A stretch of DNA of 63,697 bases, filler included, from Choristocarpus tenellus KU-1152 (GCA_964200185.2; 13 parts of 13 records of this genome joined end to end with filler, not necessarily neighbours in it); one strand, 5' to 3'. Positions 25,546 to 38,827 are shown, counted from the first letter of the whole stretch. Numbers and translations are program-made. Notes: generated by a model from the sequence alone, not told the origin.

Positions 25546-25671
25546 NNNNNNNNNNNNNNNNNNNNNNNNNNNNNNNNNNNNNNNNNNNNTTAATTAATTA
25601 ANNNNNNNNNNNNNNNNNNNNNNNNNNNNNNNNNNNNNNNNNNNNCCCCCACTGTGCTTGGGGAACACTTC

Positions 25672-25850
25672 GACTCAAAGTATCTTGGGGGGGGGGTGGC
25701 GGCTGTCGATTTGGGGTCAATTTTTCCATATCGCGATTTTTGGGTTATTCGGTTGCATACATCGGATGGATAATGTAAATGCGCTTTTCCTGGTTTTGAT
25801 CCAAATGGACACCTGGAGTAGAACTCCCCCTCCCCCCAGATACTTCGGTC
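25672..25850. mobile_element. MITE family B (~178 bp), full copy
   Basis: GACTCAAAGTATCTT-polyG ... polyC-AGATACTTCGGTC; flanks TTC/TTT. Confidence 0.85.
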
Positions 25851-25974
25851 TTTTTTTCACTTTTTAGGGTTAGGGTTCATTTGGTGTTAGATTATCGGAA
25901 AATAGTGTGTCAAAGGTGATCCCCCAAGGACAGTGGGGACTCCTGAAGACAGGGGATCTCCTCTGTGCACTGCA
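25851..25974. mobile_element. MITE family C (TTAGGG-containing), one end
   Basis: TTAGGGTTAGGGTT, then ACAGTGGGGACTCCTGAAGACAGGGGATCTCCTCTGTGCACTGCA, the reverse complement of the left arm at ~56715. Confidence 0.7.
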
Positions 25975-27013
25975 ACCCCATCTTCCTCAACCTAGGTGGC
26001 TAGGACGCCGTCAATCTAACTAACGACACAATATTAGAGACTCCCATTTGCATGTATCCAGGTTGGTGTGTGCAACCTTTCTCTTGAGCATTCTTCTCTT
26101 TTCCCTTCTAGTCTTTGCTACTTATTTGGTTGAGGTATTAATGATAGGGAATATTATTGGTAGACCCCTTAGGCTGTCGGTGTGGATGCCTGTAAAGAAA
26201 TCAATATTCCATCAGTCTTGACGAGTGATGAAAAACATCAGAGTTCGGGGGATTGCTTCAGCAAATTCCACAGGCATCACGGACATCATACCCGTATGGG
26301 ATGAATCTGATCTAATCTCAGATTGGATGTTTGGACGTCACATTATTGTGCTTGCCAACAGCATGTGGTCGAGCAAGTATCAGAACATTTTAATGACTGA
26401 TTTTGTTGCGAACATGAAGATTGATAATATGTGCGCGCAATACACTTGTGTGTGCGCAGAGAAATTCGTCTGACTCTATTTCCTTTGTAACAAGACCTAT
26501 CCATCAAACCTCTGATATTTTTGATGTATTAGGAGGGGGCAATTATTTTTTCTTCTTATCGTATAGTGCACAGAACTTTACCAACTAAACCACAACTCTA
26601 CATAATGTGTGTGACCACAAATAACTACTTTGTACGATTTTACCAATTTTGTGGTCGGGTTCCTGGATCTATACGTTGTGATCTACTATACTAATATTAG
26701 TGGCGTCTCTTCACGAAATTCCTTACATATTACCCAACCGTAAAAAATATGAAGTAAAACAATTCGAGGCAGAACTTTCTTGAAAAAGGAAAAGATCAAG
26801 AAATAGGATGTTTCCACGAAGATTTTGCCAGAAGGTAGAAGAGGAGGTAAGGTTCAGATAACCACGATGTCAATCGTACCTGGTCAAAATCTGTCTCGAC
26901 ACTGGTTGGCCCTGTCTACTAAAAAGCGTCAACACACCATGACAACAATGCTTAGATTGGATTGTGGTAAGTTAAGCGTGTATCACAAGCTCACTGCTAC
27001 CTCGAGTGAGAAC

Positions 27014-27818
27014 ATGGCTGAAGATCGCTGTCCTTCTGTTTCCCACCTTCCTCTATTGGACAGGAGGTCTCTCAAAAAGGATTGTGGGCACACCGATGAT
27101 GACATCCTGGACTTCATCCCTTCGTTTGTATCAAACATGCAGAGTACCGTGAACGATTGCCATACAGCTATCCGCGCCTACTTGGACAGGCCATCCGAAG
27201 CGTCCAAGGCCGAGGAAGTTCGAAGAATAGCACACAAGCGCAAGGGGACCACAGGGATGATGAAAGCGACACAGCTGGAAGCCCTCTGTGGACAACTGGA
27301 ACAGGCTGGCAGGGTGAGGAAATACGAAATATGATAGGCAGAGTTAAGTTAGTCTATAAATACAAAGCCAACAATAGAGCTCTCCTAGAGCTCTATGCAA
27401 CCAAAAAAGATCCCGAGTCTACGTAAATGCAGCTTGAAGTTGACTGCCACCTCCCCTCGTCTCAACTGTTGCTAGGTACGAAATCTCAATTGCAATAGAC
27501 CTTCCAATAGTTGTCGACTTTATTCCTCTTACTCAATCCCTGTTATAAAAAGAAGCAAGGAGCTATTCCAAGTACATGGTTGCTGCCTGATGAACCACTA
27601 TTGCCCTAATTTCCTGGCTCCCTTGTTGCGTGCAACATTGTGATCTCCCTCCTGCACTGCAGGAGAGGAAGAGTGCTGAGGAATGCCGGCAGCTGTTCTG
27701 CGCTTTGAAAAACAGCGCTTACAACACCATCCGTCATGTGAATGGCCCACTTAGGGAAGAGATACGGAGGTCAAAATCCTCCAAATCCTCCAGGTCCAAG
27801 AAGAAGACCTCCAGATAG
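27014..27818 (+). CDS. Stand-alone histidine phosphotransfer (Hpt) domain protein, ~151 aa
   Basis: Exons 27014-27313 and 27663-27818 (AGG|GTGAG, CTGCAG|GAG, phase 0). LLDRRSL...DFIPSFVSN...VRRIAHKRKGTTGMMKATQLEALCGQLEQAGR fits the Hpt consensus AHxLKGxSxxxGAxxLxxxCxxLE. Confidence 0.85.
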
Positions 27819-28679
27819 TTATGATGAAGAAAACGAGAGCATGTTCTCCGAGGTTCAAGGAGGGACTCATTCCCATACGTTTGTTTTGCCACCACCGTAG
27901 AAACGGAGGACTCTTCACACCTTACCCTTTGTAGGTTACAAGTTCTCTAATTTCTATTTTCTATTGAGGGACTCAAGAGGAAAAAGAAAGTTAGGATTTG
28001 GATTCAGATATATCTGCATTCTTGCACACTTACCATTCCCAAAGTTTCAAGTTAAGGTGTAAGCAGGAGATGGTGAAAGCTCTCCTAGCACAACCTGCCT
28101 CAATAATAACCACGTGGCAAGTCCTTGCCTTGTTGAAAATAAACCCAATGTATACCTGATTTATTGCATAGACTACCTCCGCAGACTTAAGGTCTGGTCG
28201 GTTTTGCACCAGCAGAAGTGCGAGAATGGGTCACCCTAACCAGAGTGCATTTTGAAGCTGAGAAGTGCCTCCCCTGTAAGTAGGCTGGTCGTAATATGTC
28301 CCCTCGATTTCTGTCACCTAGTATTTCGGTCCCAACTTTCGCGGGGATGCTTAGCCTATCCATGCATGAATTGTCTATTGTTGTCTGCTGCCACCTTGCC
28401 CATTGAATGCTGCTGGTATTGTGGGCTGGAAGGGGTCGTAGGACTAATGGAATTGTTGTAAACCCAATTATGTAACTCACAGATGGTGGTGTTTTCTCCC
28501 CCCCCTCTCTCTCCCCCTCTCTCCATCGAAAAGGTACGTCGGGGGTTCCCTTTTCATATATATTTTTATGTGAGTAGTAGGTAAAGGCAAAATTCCAACA
28601 AGGTATATGATACAAAGGTATGATTGCTCCCATACCACAGTATTTTTTTATGCTAACTGATACATTGCAAATGTTTTCA

Positions 28680-28800
28680 TCGGGGTACAAGAAGCAATAT
28701 ACAAGGAAGTGAACCCAGAGTATTGCCAAAAAGTAGATAAGATGAAAAGGCTGCTGAAACATAGGTCGTCCTGGAGAACTGCATACTAGGTCATAGAACT
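28680..28800 (+). mobile_element. Possible RTE-clade LINE 3'-end relic
   Basis: Translates ...KMKRLLKHRSSWRTAY*, similar to the RTE ORF C-terminus MKRLAxDRxxWRxA. Confidence 0.35.
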
Positions 28801-29439
28801 CCACAAAACAGTTGTCCAACGATCGTAACTAACAGACTTACGTTGTACATCAGAAGGATGCTAATTCAAGATTGGAGGAATAATTTTGTAGAGCATGTTG
28901 AATGTATCTCCTCACCAAAGCTGATTTGATGCCAACAGACACTGATACAGGAGGAAGACAAGCGTATGGTGCACACAGTTTCCCCCCTTTCCTTCTCTCC
29001 TGCCATTCTCCTGTTCATGGGTCCTTCACAAAGACAACATATAGCTACAAAGTAACCCATTCGATTCATGTAGTCTTCTTCGAAGACTCAAGGGCTCCTG
29101 ACAGAGCTTTTCCCTTTTCTTTCGAGCCTCGTAAAACACACGCATTCATCATTATGTCTTACGTCCTTCCTCGAGGAACACGGCTATTCTCAAAGCTGCA
29201 TCCATGAAGAGATAACTGTGTCACAATCTCACATTTTTTTTGGTATATACACGTATGTACATACAGTGCATATAATATTTTGTGTTGATTATCGTTATGT
29301 GTGGTACTTGATAGTCCTCCTTTGTATACTCACCTGTCAACAATCCCACCCTTCAAGCGGCATTTGTTGTGCTGCTGCCTTGTGTGTACTTTGATATGTT
29401 TTTCTTTACCTTGGCTATTATTTACTTCCAAATATATTT

Positions 29440-29522
29440 GACTCAAAGTAACTGGAGGGGGGGTGGGGGGGGGGTGGCGGCTCTACATTTGGGGTCAATT
29501 TTTTCCACGTCGCGATTTTTAG
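29440..29522. mobile_element. MITE family B, partial copy at contig end
   Basis: GACTCAAAGTAACTGG-polyG-TGGCGGCTCTACATTTGGGGTCAATT. Confidence 0.8.
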
Positions 29523-29622
29523 NNNNNNNNNNNNNNNNNNNNNNNNNNNNNNNNNNNNNNNNNNNNTTAATTAATTAANNNNNNNNNNNNNNNNNNNNNN
29601 NNNNNNNNNNNNNNNNNNNNNN

Positions 29623-29686
29623 AAATCGCAACATTGGATTTTGACCCCAAATGGACGCGGCTCTACCCTCTAAGATACTTTGGCTC
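29623..29686. mobile_element. MITE family A, partial copy at contig start
   Basis: CCCCAAATGGACGCGGCTCTACCCTCTAAGATACTTTGGCTC. Confidence 0.85.
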
Positions 29687-29699
29687 ATTTGCGAATAGA

Positions 29700-30047
29700 T
29701 TATCCTTGGGGAAACCCCCACTGTCATGCTTTTTTCGCTTCTTGAAAAGAAGCTTATTTTTCACGCACAGGTTAAGGGTAGGGTTGGACTTGGGGTCTGA
29801 TTCTCGAAAATCAGTGTAAAAATGTATGAAGTGGTGGATCTTGGAGGTTGTGGTTCCCTGGTGTACACTATGCTCCTCCGCTTCTTCTGCAATATTTCCT
29901 TCGTTGATTAGGGATATTATTAGCGCACAAGTTAGAGCTAGTGTTAGGGTTAGAGATAGGGTAAGTTTAAAAAAAAAACGTGTGGAAAAGTGAAAAATAT
30001 ATTGGGGTTCCCATAGACAGGGGGGTTGGGTTCCCCTGTGCATTGCA
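29700..30047. mobile_element. MITE family C (TTAGGG-containing), degenerate copy
   Basis: Shares TTCCCTGGTG(T/C)ACAC..T(G/A)CTCCTCCGCT core, two TTAGGG-like tracts and the end CCCTGTGCA(T/C)TGCA with 56712-57049. Confidence 0.7.
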
Positions 30048-30739
30048 ACGGTTAGGTGAGATCAAAGTACGAACAATATTTAAGTCCCTTTCTGATCAGA
30101 TCGATATGGTGGGGGGGGTTAAATGTGGAAGAACAGTACGGTGCTAATGCCATCACCATATCTGCCACTGCACTACAGTTCACGCCACTCATGACGAGTT
30201 TTAAAAACCCTGCGGTTACCAACAACTTGGTGACTTACTGGGATTAATGAAACACGCACAGAGTGGGAGGGGAACCCTTCCAGATCGACCTGCACTTCAC
30301 CCTACCTACCATTTACATATAACACTGCACAACCTCGTATGGCCTCCACTGACAAATCCTCAGATTATTTTATACCTTTGAACATTTAGGGTATATATCT
30401 ACATAAATGGAACTGGACTGTGACAAGGACAACCCCAAAGGAGTTTAATCGAGCGGGTCACAAACTAGACTTCTACCATGATAGGCAAGTATATCGGCAA
30501 TACAAAATCCATGCAGAAATTGCAGGCACAAATGGCTGCTTACACGGTCTGTGAACAAGAGAACGTTTGACAAATTTGCTGAAGTCATGCAGAGCACAGA
30601 TTATTGCTGCATTGGGTGTGTTATGTAGTATGCGGTGCCATATATACATAACTTGTCATACCAATGGCATCAACCTGCAATGGATGTAAAACAGCATCCT
30701 TACAACCCTCAACACACACCATGTCTGTGGGTGGGGTAG

Positions 30740-30901
30740 GTGGTGACCTTCAAAACTCTGGGTCAGGACTTCCACATGAAGAGCGCGTCTGACAAGGTCA
30801 CCAAACTCTTCAAGACATTATTAATGGTGGATCGTGCAGGCTATGGCACTACGCACACGCTGAAGTTTTTGGACACAAGAGTGTACCCCCAACATGATGT
30901 G
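30740..30901 (+). CDS. Probable internal exon of an unidentified gene
   Basis: Open frame between GTAG| and |GTGCGC: VVTFKTLGQDFHMKSASDKVTKLFKTLLMVDRAGYGTTHTLKFLDTRVYPQHDV. Other candidate exons near 30485 and 31270 could not be phased reliably. Confidence 0.45.
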
Positions 30902-32690
30902 GTGCGCTATCGACAACATTCTCTATGATCTATATTCCTCCTCAGTATCCGCTCACAAATTGAACAATACCGTTATAACCGCAATCATCACTTTTCATCG
31001 TGTACAACCCTTGAACGAGCCCATCCCTCCTCAACTATTTCCAAGTTAAAACTCACACGATACAATAATTGATTAGACAAATGCTACACCTTGTTTGATT
31101 CTACCGCGTGCTCCATAGATGGCTCCCAAATCTACCTACAATATCTCTAGACCAATATAATAGCCTTACACTTCCATGCATACACACCATGCCCATATCA
31201 TCATCTCCACCGCCAACCACAGTTGCCCACACCACATCAGTACCACGCACCACATGTTTTATCATCTAGGACATTACTACACTTACGAAGATGTGCCATT
31301 AGATGTCGAAGTAGAGAAAATAGCCGAGGAAAGTGTGCACTCTAAAGGACGCAAGTCTTAGATTTATCAGGAAACGACAGTAGTGAAAACGATGGACCAG
31401 GTGGTTGGATGTTCATGGGATCCGAGGTTTAGATGCACAAGCCCACCATGCCGAGGGTGCAGGAAAATAAAACATTGATATGGATAAAAAAGGGTCAGGG
31501 ACAATACTACTACAACAACTGCTCCATGTAAACTCGTAGTGCCTTTCATAGCTCCCTCAGTTTAAGCAAAGCTCCCTAGTAGTGAGGACTAGTTAACAAA
31601 GCAGACTGGGATGCTTTTGTTGAAACCTGAGTTCAAATGAATTGTGCTGGGGCTAGCTTGTGGCGAAGACGAATCACAGTGCAATAAAGCACTGGTGAAA
31701 TTGTTCTGGTAGATCTGACGACATGTTTTACTCGATCAGATGATGGTTGATGTGAAAGTATGGTCATTCATTGAGCCGCTCAAACGAAGAAATGCATGTT
31801 TTGGAGAAGAAAATTCAAGTGTTTTTGTGGTCTTTATTCGAGAGTTAAACTATGAGGAGGTAGTGTACAAATGCCATGGGTAGTGCATTTGTAATACGCT
31901 CTGTTCCCAGGTGACTTTGAAGGTGTTGAGAACAAGATCAGGGGTCGATATATGCGTATCAATGCAAATACAAATATTTTTGAAAAACAAACCAAAAGCA
32001 TGAATGTATCTACACAACATATAATATGTATACAATAACAACAGCATTAGGAAGGAGGCGCAGCGCGCGCTGTTACCTCCGTGGCTTCCATGTGTATAGC
32101 CTCTCTCATGTGCTCCTTCACCTCCCTTGCCACCTTGAAAAACTGTTAAAACATAAGGCTACTCATTTGATTTGTCTTGATACGATGCAGGATCGACAGT
32201 TCATACTGAATGTCGATTGGTACATTGGACTGGTCGTTACTTGCACTTAAAACAGCAGATTTCAAAAAATGAGGATGGAGCTTTTCATTGAGGGTGAGCT
32301 TGACCCAAAATTGACTGGGATAAAGTGTCGATATGTATTTTTTTTCAATAACAANNNNNNNNNNNNNNNNNNNNNNNNNNNNNNNNNNNNNNNNNNNNTT
32401 AATTAATTAANNNNNNNNNNNNNNNNNNNNNNNNNNNNNNNNNNNNNNNNNNNNTGTTCGTTTAAAAAAACCTTTGTGGAGAATCCCCCCCCCCCCCCCC
32501 CATTGATGTAGCGTCTTTTGAGAGTTCTGTCACGGTGAGCGCATACCATTGAGCACCATTATCATCATCTTACAGGAAACACAGTTACACTTACACATGA
32601 CACAGGCCGTCCCACTTTGCCATCTACCTCAGATCAAGTGTTGTAACTGTTTCCATTACTTGTTACTCTTGCAATAACGCCTTCCCCCAG

Positions 32691-32797
32691 GAGGACCTCT
32701 TGGAACAAGCAAGGCAGATCGCTGGTCAAGTGCAGGAGACATCAGAAGGCCTGAGTGATCTTAAGAAGGAATTTTCTGTACTCAGGGCATCCATCAG
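32691..32797 (+). CDS. Probable coiled-coil exon of an unidentified gene
   Basis: CCTTCCCCCAG| EDLLEQARQIAGQVQETSEGLSDLKKEFSVLRASI |GTGCCC. Confidence 0.5.
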
Positions 32798-35700
32798 GTG
32801 CCCTGTCACGTGTGATGTAGCCTTTTTTGTAAGCCTCTCACAATTCTTACTTCCTGCTGTCACCTGGCTATGTAGCCCAGTGTCAATAGTGATTGTGCTT
32901 GCTATGTACAGTGTCCGTGGAGGCAAATACGGAGTGAGCATACCCAGCAGTTGGGATGTGAGATCCTTGGTAGGAAGGTGTTACATATCTCGACCAGTCT
33001 GATATGTCAGATCGATGCCAATTTGAAGGAGGAAGGATACGGTGCGTGGAATATTGGGATTTCAACACAGCACCCTTAGACGCCTTCCAGGTTGTGTAGA
33101 ATGTTGCTTTTGGAACATGTCCCCGGCTGATGATCTCCTCCCTCACCCCCGATCCGTAATACTCTTTATAACTCAGGGAAAGAGACCTGGAGGGCAAGGC
33201 AAGGGCACTCCAGGAGAGCTTGGGGGACACAACTAAAGAAGTGAAATCCTGACTCAAATACCCTGGGGTGCTTCTTGCCATCCTTTGGTGGCATCTTTTC
33301 CTGGGATGCCTACCTGACTGATCAATAACAGAACAAAAATCGACAAAATTGGACCCTTGTTTCTCTTCCCCTAATGCTCCTGTTGTTGCTCCCAACATTA
33401 AATGTGTCTTACGGTGTGATGTCTACAGCCAAGGCAACCACTGCCTGGCTGGAGAAAGTCAGTTTGTGATTAGGACTTATGGAACTCTGGTAAGAGATTT
33501 TTGAGGTGGTTATGATAACATCTGCAGTGTGTGCTGACCTCGATTCATCAGGGTTGGTATAGGTGCATTTTTTTTATTTTTTTCTTGTGTGTGTCGTTGT
33601 TTCTGCAATGTGTTGTACAGGTAGAAGAAGCATGTGTGTAGCTCTGTTGGCCAGCTCCGTAGTGGTTGCGTTTAAGAGCACATCCAAGAGGTGGTTGCTT
33701 CTACCGTGAAGGAGTCAGTTTTGATTGTTTGAGAGTTGAGGACGACTTGTCATATTACTTTGGTTTTGTCCTGTGTGCAAATTCGTATTTTATTTGGGTT
33801 GAGCGATTTAGGCTGGCTGGCAGGTTTAGCAGAAGAACAAGGGACGGTTGGAGAACACCTCTGATGGTGTGTCTCTGAGGAGAAACAAGCTCTTCATATA
33901 ATGGTAGTTTTTCCCACAGGAGATTTGTTCCGTGTTTTGAGTGTATTGTGGGTTTTTAAGGCAGGGGAAGTTGGTGAAATTAGCAAGATGTCAAGGGAAT
34001 GTGTTATTGTTCTTCTGCCTGGACGTTTCTGGACACATACCGGGTGATGTGCTTGGTCAGCTGTGATTATGGTCTGCTGCACTGGGACAAAGAATTGAGG
34101 AACAGACTAGGTAATACATAGGTCAAAGTCAAAACCCTCTGGACAAGGAAAGAGGAGCTGGGACAGAAACCAGAGGGTTAGGTTGTATTGAGCATGGCTA
34201 GTAAAGTTCTTTGACCAACAGATTAGGGATGGGTTTGGGGGGTAGGGGGGGTGACATGATGCAATGCACGCCTCCAGTGGGTAGGAGAGGAATTTATTCA
34301 GTCAAGTGTGAATGTAGTTAAGAGCATTTTAGGGTTGTAGTGGTTGGGAAAATATTTTCATACTTGTGTATCTGACAGATTTATAGAAGTGGCACACCAT
34401 AAAAGTGGTATTATACTGTGTAGGAGATCCTGACGCTCAGGTTTTATTCCAGCACCATAGGGTATGAAGTATTCGTATTTGTTTGTGGTTTTCCATCATT
34501 ATTTGCTTTCCCAAATTTGCTGGGGCGACTTCTGAATAGAAGGAGCCAACTAAAGGGATTTCTTTTGGTAGGTACGGCAAATGTGTGGGATTGAAAGAGC
34601 AATAAATTATTGGTATCAATCACGCTTGCAATGAAGGCAGCAACTCGCGATATATATATTGCCATTATTGCCCTTGCTGGGTATAGTAGATAGAGTAGGT
34701 CACTTGAATTGGAGATGAAGCAACATATGTGTTAAGACTAGCTAATTTATTTCACCTGGTGAGTTGTCAGGGCAATTGCCATTGTTCACGTCTTTCCCAG
34801 GGGGACTATACAAACACACAGAAGTCTGATCACATCGTGCTTAGTTGTAGAATATCCCCAGGTAGGTTTCTGAAACGCAGCAGCAACACATACATGCCTG
34901 CATGCAAAACAAATCAAAAATGGAATTTACAATTATGCATGTGAGATACTTAGAGTGCATACGTACAACTTCCACAGGTCGGAAAAAAAGGTTGTCAATA
35001 CCACATAATTTGTTGTTACTACTTCCTGTCTGAATAACAGAGTGTTTACGATATACTCGAGTTTTTTCCATCAAGGTTAAATCTGAAAATCGAGTAAAAG
35101 TAGGGGGTTCACTCATGGTAGAAGCCTGAACCACCTTCATTGGAACCACTCTACCGCCCACACCAGTGCCCCATCAAAACATTGAAAAATAAATTATTTT
35201 GTTATTATGCTTCTGACATTTTGTAGATGTGTTAAAGAAAAAAAATAATGCAAAATTAGTCACATATCTGAGAAATCCCTCAATTAGTCGTCACAAAAGT
35301 AAAAAAAAATGTTTATATTGTTTTGCTCTTTGACATTTTTTAGATGTGTGATGGAATCGTCGTACTCTACCATAATATTTTCAAGGAAGACCCTTCTTAC
35401 CGCATCTTACAAAATACTTCAAAGTAGTCATTACTGTACTGTACCATCATTTTTCCAGAGTTTCTGTTACCGTATCGATTTGGAAAATCACTCCTGTGTC
35501 AGCAGTGACCAACCTTGGGATTTTTTGCTTGGGAATACCACTAACTCTGGACTGCGTTGTAGTAACGTTTCCTTTTTCTATTTTGCTTTTTTACCACTAT
35601 TTTGATGTATCGGGATGAGAGATATCATAAGACTCTAGTGCCGATAGTTGATGGACGATACCCCCATGAAAATGACAAGAATTGTTCCCCACCAGCTTTT

Positions 35701-36178
35701 AACTTCGAATCTTACAGCAGTTTACAGTTTGCAGGTTCATGGTTTTTGGAGAAGATCGCATCTCAAAATCATCTAGAAAAATGTAAAATGATGTAAAATA
35801 TGAAATGTAGAGGGCTTTCAATGAATATAGAAAAGGTTCGTCACCTACGAAGGGTGATGGAGCTAACACCTTTGTCTACCTTCCAAGCGGTCGAGAAATC
35901 TCGACCCCAACCTATTATCACTTGACATCTTTGCTGGAGGGGCCTATCAACAAATGTGGGCCTATTCTTTCTCGACGTTTCCCGTGTAACCAAGGCCTAT
36001 TTCCCAAACCATGATTAACTGGAGAGCTGAACTAATTATGATAATTGCCTCCCTAGCTTCTAACCGTGAGGCACTGGAATAGGTAAATTGGAGGCGCAGG
36101 AAGGCAGTGGTACAACACAGTGAAATAACATGGATGTTTTTCACATTTGTGACATATTTTATTTCTTTAGGTCTTATA

Positions 36179-36583
36179 CAGTAGGTACCCCTATTTTGGG
36201 CCAAACATTATGAGTCAAGTCGAAAAATAAGCAATTTTGTACCGTTTTTTTCGACATGCTAAACAAAATAGGCTTTTGTACCGGAATTCTCGTCTTCGGG
36301 CGATTTGGTACAAACTCCCACAGATATTCATGCGAGTTTGGCGCGCGCGTAAACATATCTCGCGAAAAGTCCCTTTCTTCCTGAGTCATGCTACCATACA
36401 GCAGTACAGTAAGTACGTTGCTGGTAGGGGAATAAAGTCGAAGCCATGCCTTGTGCCGCGGGAAACCTCTGCAAGATGCCTTCAAACACACCGGGTCCGC
36501 CTTTCTACACAATCCACAGGTAAGTACTGTAAGTGCGGTGGGTACCTCCATGGTATATGTGGTGTAAAGGATCCCGAACTAAA
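36179..36583 (+). mobile_element. Possible 5' end of a TA-targeting DNA transposon (pogo/Tc1-like)
   Basis: TA|CAGTAGGTACCCCTATTTTGGGCC start, CpG-rich leader, then a Cys/His motif (YCKCGGYLHGICG) cut by MITE A. No partner TIR seen. Confidence 0.35.
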
Positions 36584-36841
36584 GAGTGAAAGTATCTTAG
36601 AGGGTACGAGGTTTGCCCTGTTTGTCCATTTAGGGCTTGGCTTCCCTCGGGGTTTTCATGAAATTTCCCTACTCCAAAATATTTCTGAGTAGGCAAAATG
36701 TATACGTTATGAAAAGGTATGTCTAGAACAAGGATATTGACACTTCCTAACAAACACGATAGCCAAAATTACATCGAAATCGCAACGTTGGATTTCAGTC
36801 CCCAAATGGACGCGGCTCTACCCTCTAAGATGCTTTGGCTC
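36584..36841. mobile_element. MITE family A, full copy without TSD
   Basis: GAGTGAAAGTATCTTAGAGGGTA ... TACCCTCTAAGATGCTTTGGCTC; flanks AAA/CTC. Confidence 0.9.
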
Positions 36842-37014
36842 CTCATCGCCTTGCTCTTTTGCTGGAGCGTCCTTTTTGTATGTGGTGATGCCGCTGGATT
36901 CATCAGCATGAAAGNNNNNNNNNNNNNNNNNNNNNNNNNNNNNNNNNNNNNNNNNNNNTTAATTAATTAANNNNNNNNNNNNNNNNNNNNNNNNNNNNNN
37001 NNNNNNNNNNNNNN

Positions 37015-37082
37015 AAAAATCGCGACATGAAAAAAAAGGCCCCAAATGGACAGCCGCCACCCCCCCCCAGATACTTTGAGTC
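37015..37082. mobile_element. MITE family B, partial copy at contig start
   Basis: CCCAAATGGACAGCCGCCA-polyC-AGATACTTTGAGTC. Confidence 0.85.
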
Positions 37083-37199
37083 ATAGCACGCCCCCCCCGG
37101 AACTTTCCGAGAACTGCACCCAAGAAGAAAAAACTAGAGAACATGTAAAGAGCTTTTCTCCAAGGACACTGACAAAGAAGAGCGTCCTCATTCTAAAAG

Positions 37200-38100
37200 C
37201 TCAGTTCACATTCTCACAACATTGAGTGACATCTGAAGTAGATATGAATTTCGAAACTGCAGCACGGAATGCACCCCTCCTAAGTTTATGCTTCAACTGG
37301 TCTATCAAACAGCGAGAGTGCAACGTTGCGTTCAACTTACAACCTGAAGACTTTCGTCTTTGATTACCTCCACATACCTGCAGCAAGACATCCATAATGT
37401 TTGTTTTTTTCTCTCCTTTGCTATGTGCCCCTCCCTGTTTGTTGTCTGCATAAATATACCAATGTACGTTGGCATGGTTGGAGATTATGAAGGTGACAAA
37501 GGAGGGGTTCCGATTTGGTCTGGACCATGCTGGCATCCACATGTGCCAACAGGAAGTTTTGGCTATGTACGACTTTTTATGCAAGGGAGAGAAAGGTGTC
37601 ATCAAGGTTGACCAGATCAAGGTGCGTGCGTACTGCCTGGATGTCCTGTTCAGCATTCAGCATATATTGCGTTTTTCCACAAATGCATATTGTCCTAATT
37701 CTGAGGTGGACAAAGAGCTCTACATGTAAGGACCAGGCCTTACCACCTTTCGCCCTGTTGATTGCCATTCATTGTAGAAATGGTCTAGATTGCCTAGGAT
37801 TGAACCCACCAGCAATATAACCGGATTTAGTTAATCATGTAAGGGCCTCAGGTGCAATTAGTCAAGACCCTGAGCATGCACTTCCTACTGTCGAACATGT
37901 CCAAATTCGAGAACACAGGCAGCAACATGAGTGAACATTGGTGGGGCTGTCTGTTCCCTATTAGTTTGAAAACCACACCAGCTGTGGCATTCAGTCAAGA
38001 AATCTGCACAACTATAGTCTATGATAACGAAGGTTGTCTACTGACTGAGTCTTGAGATAAAAATCGCCAAAGATCGTCATTTTGGAATTTTTTTCTTTCT
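37200..38100 (-). mobile_element. Possible decayed non-LTR reverse transcriptase
   Basis: Remnants GNQQGE (cf. GVQQGD) and downstream VNLDDT (cf. YLDD) in plausible order; many stops. Confidence 0.3.
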
Positions 38101-38827
38101 CCCCTGATTTGTGATGTTGCCATGGTCATCCTGTGTCACGACTTTTCCTTTCAGTGAGATAGGATGATATGATGCATGGATTGAAGAGCGTGTTGCTACC
38201 CTGGAAAATTGAACCCATATCTCCGTCACATAGAAGGATTAAGGTCCGGAAAATGTAGTAAGTTCTATCCAACGTCAGACTCTCAGCAGTGAATTGGAGT
38301 CACTTATTCCTCATGTCTGGCAGCGAACAACATGTATATCTACGTCCCTCTCCCTTCTCGCATGCTGTTCCTAGAAGACTGCACCAATACCGACTCTGAC
38401 TATGGTACTCCAATGTAATTTCCCATCCACACTCAACCATATACTCACATAGAAAGCCGTAGCAGACTGTCGACACTTCAGGAAAGAAAAGAGACGCATT
38501 CTCTGGGCGAAGAAAAAAGTGAGTCGACGACTACTTCAAGACTGCCAGATCCGTTTGCTTCTGTCCTACCTGGTGTCAGGGGATGAAGGAGGGGGATACA
38601 CTGTTTCGGCTTTGAGATTGCAGGTGCCCTTTCAGTACCAAATAGATCATTTCAAGTTGGTTCGATACCCATTTGCCACTGAATTTGTTCTGGTACATAA
38701 AAGGGGTTGTGTGAAAGAGTGAAGGGTGACAACATTTTGGAGATTTAGAGAAGTTTAGAACATACATCTCATCTCTATCCCAGGAGAAATTTCTTTCATG
38801 TTATGAATCGACTTGTCATGTAGCTAT

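Noticed and set aside
17713-27818. GH88, MutS2 and Hpt as a bacterial-derived gene cluster
   Set aside because: They lie on three separate contigs joined artificially, and each shows spliceosomal splice sites.
28187-28819. 210-aa minus-strand ORF
   Set aside because: No recognisable motif, atypical composition, and it overlaps a probable LINE relic on the other strand.
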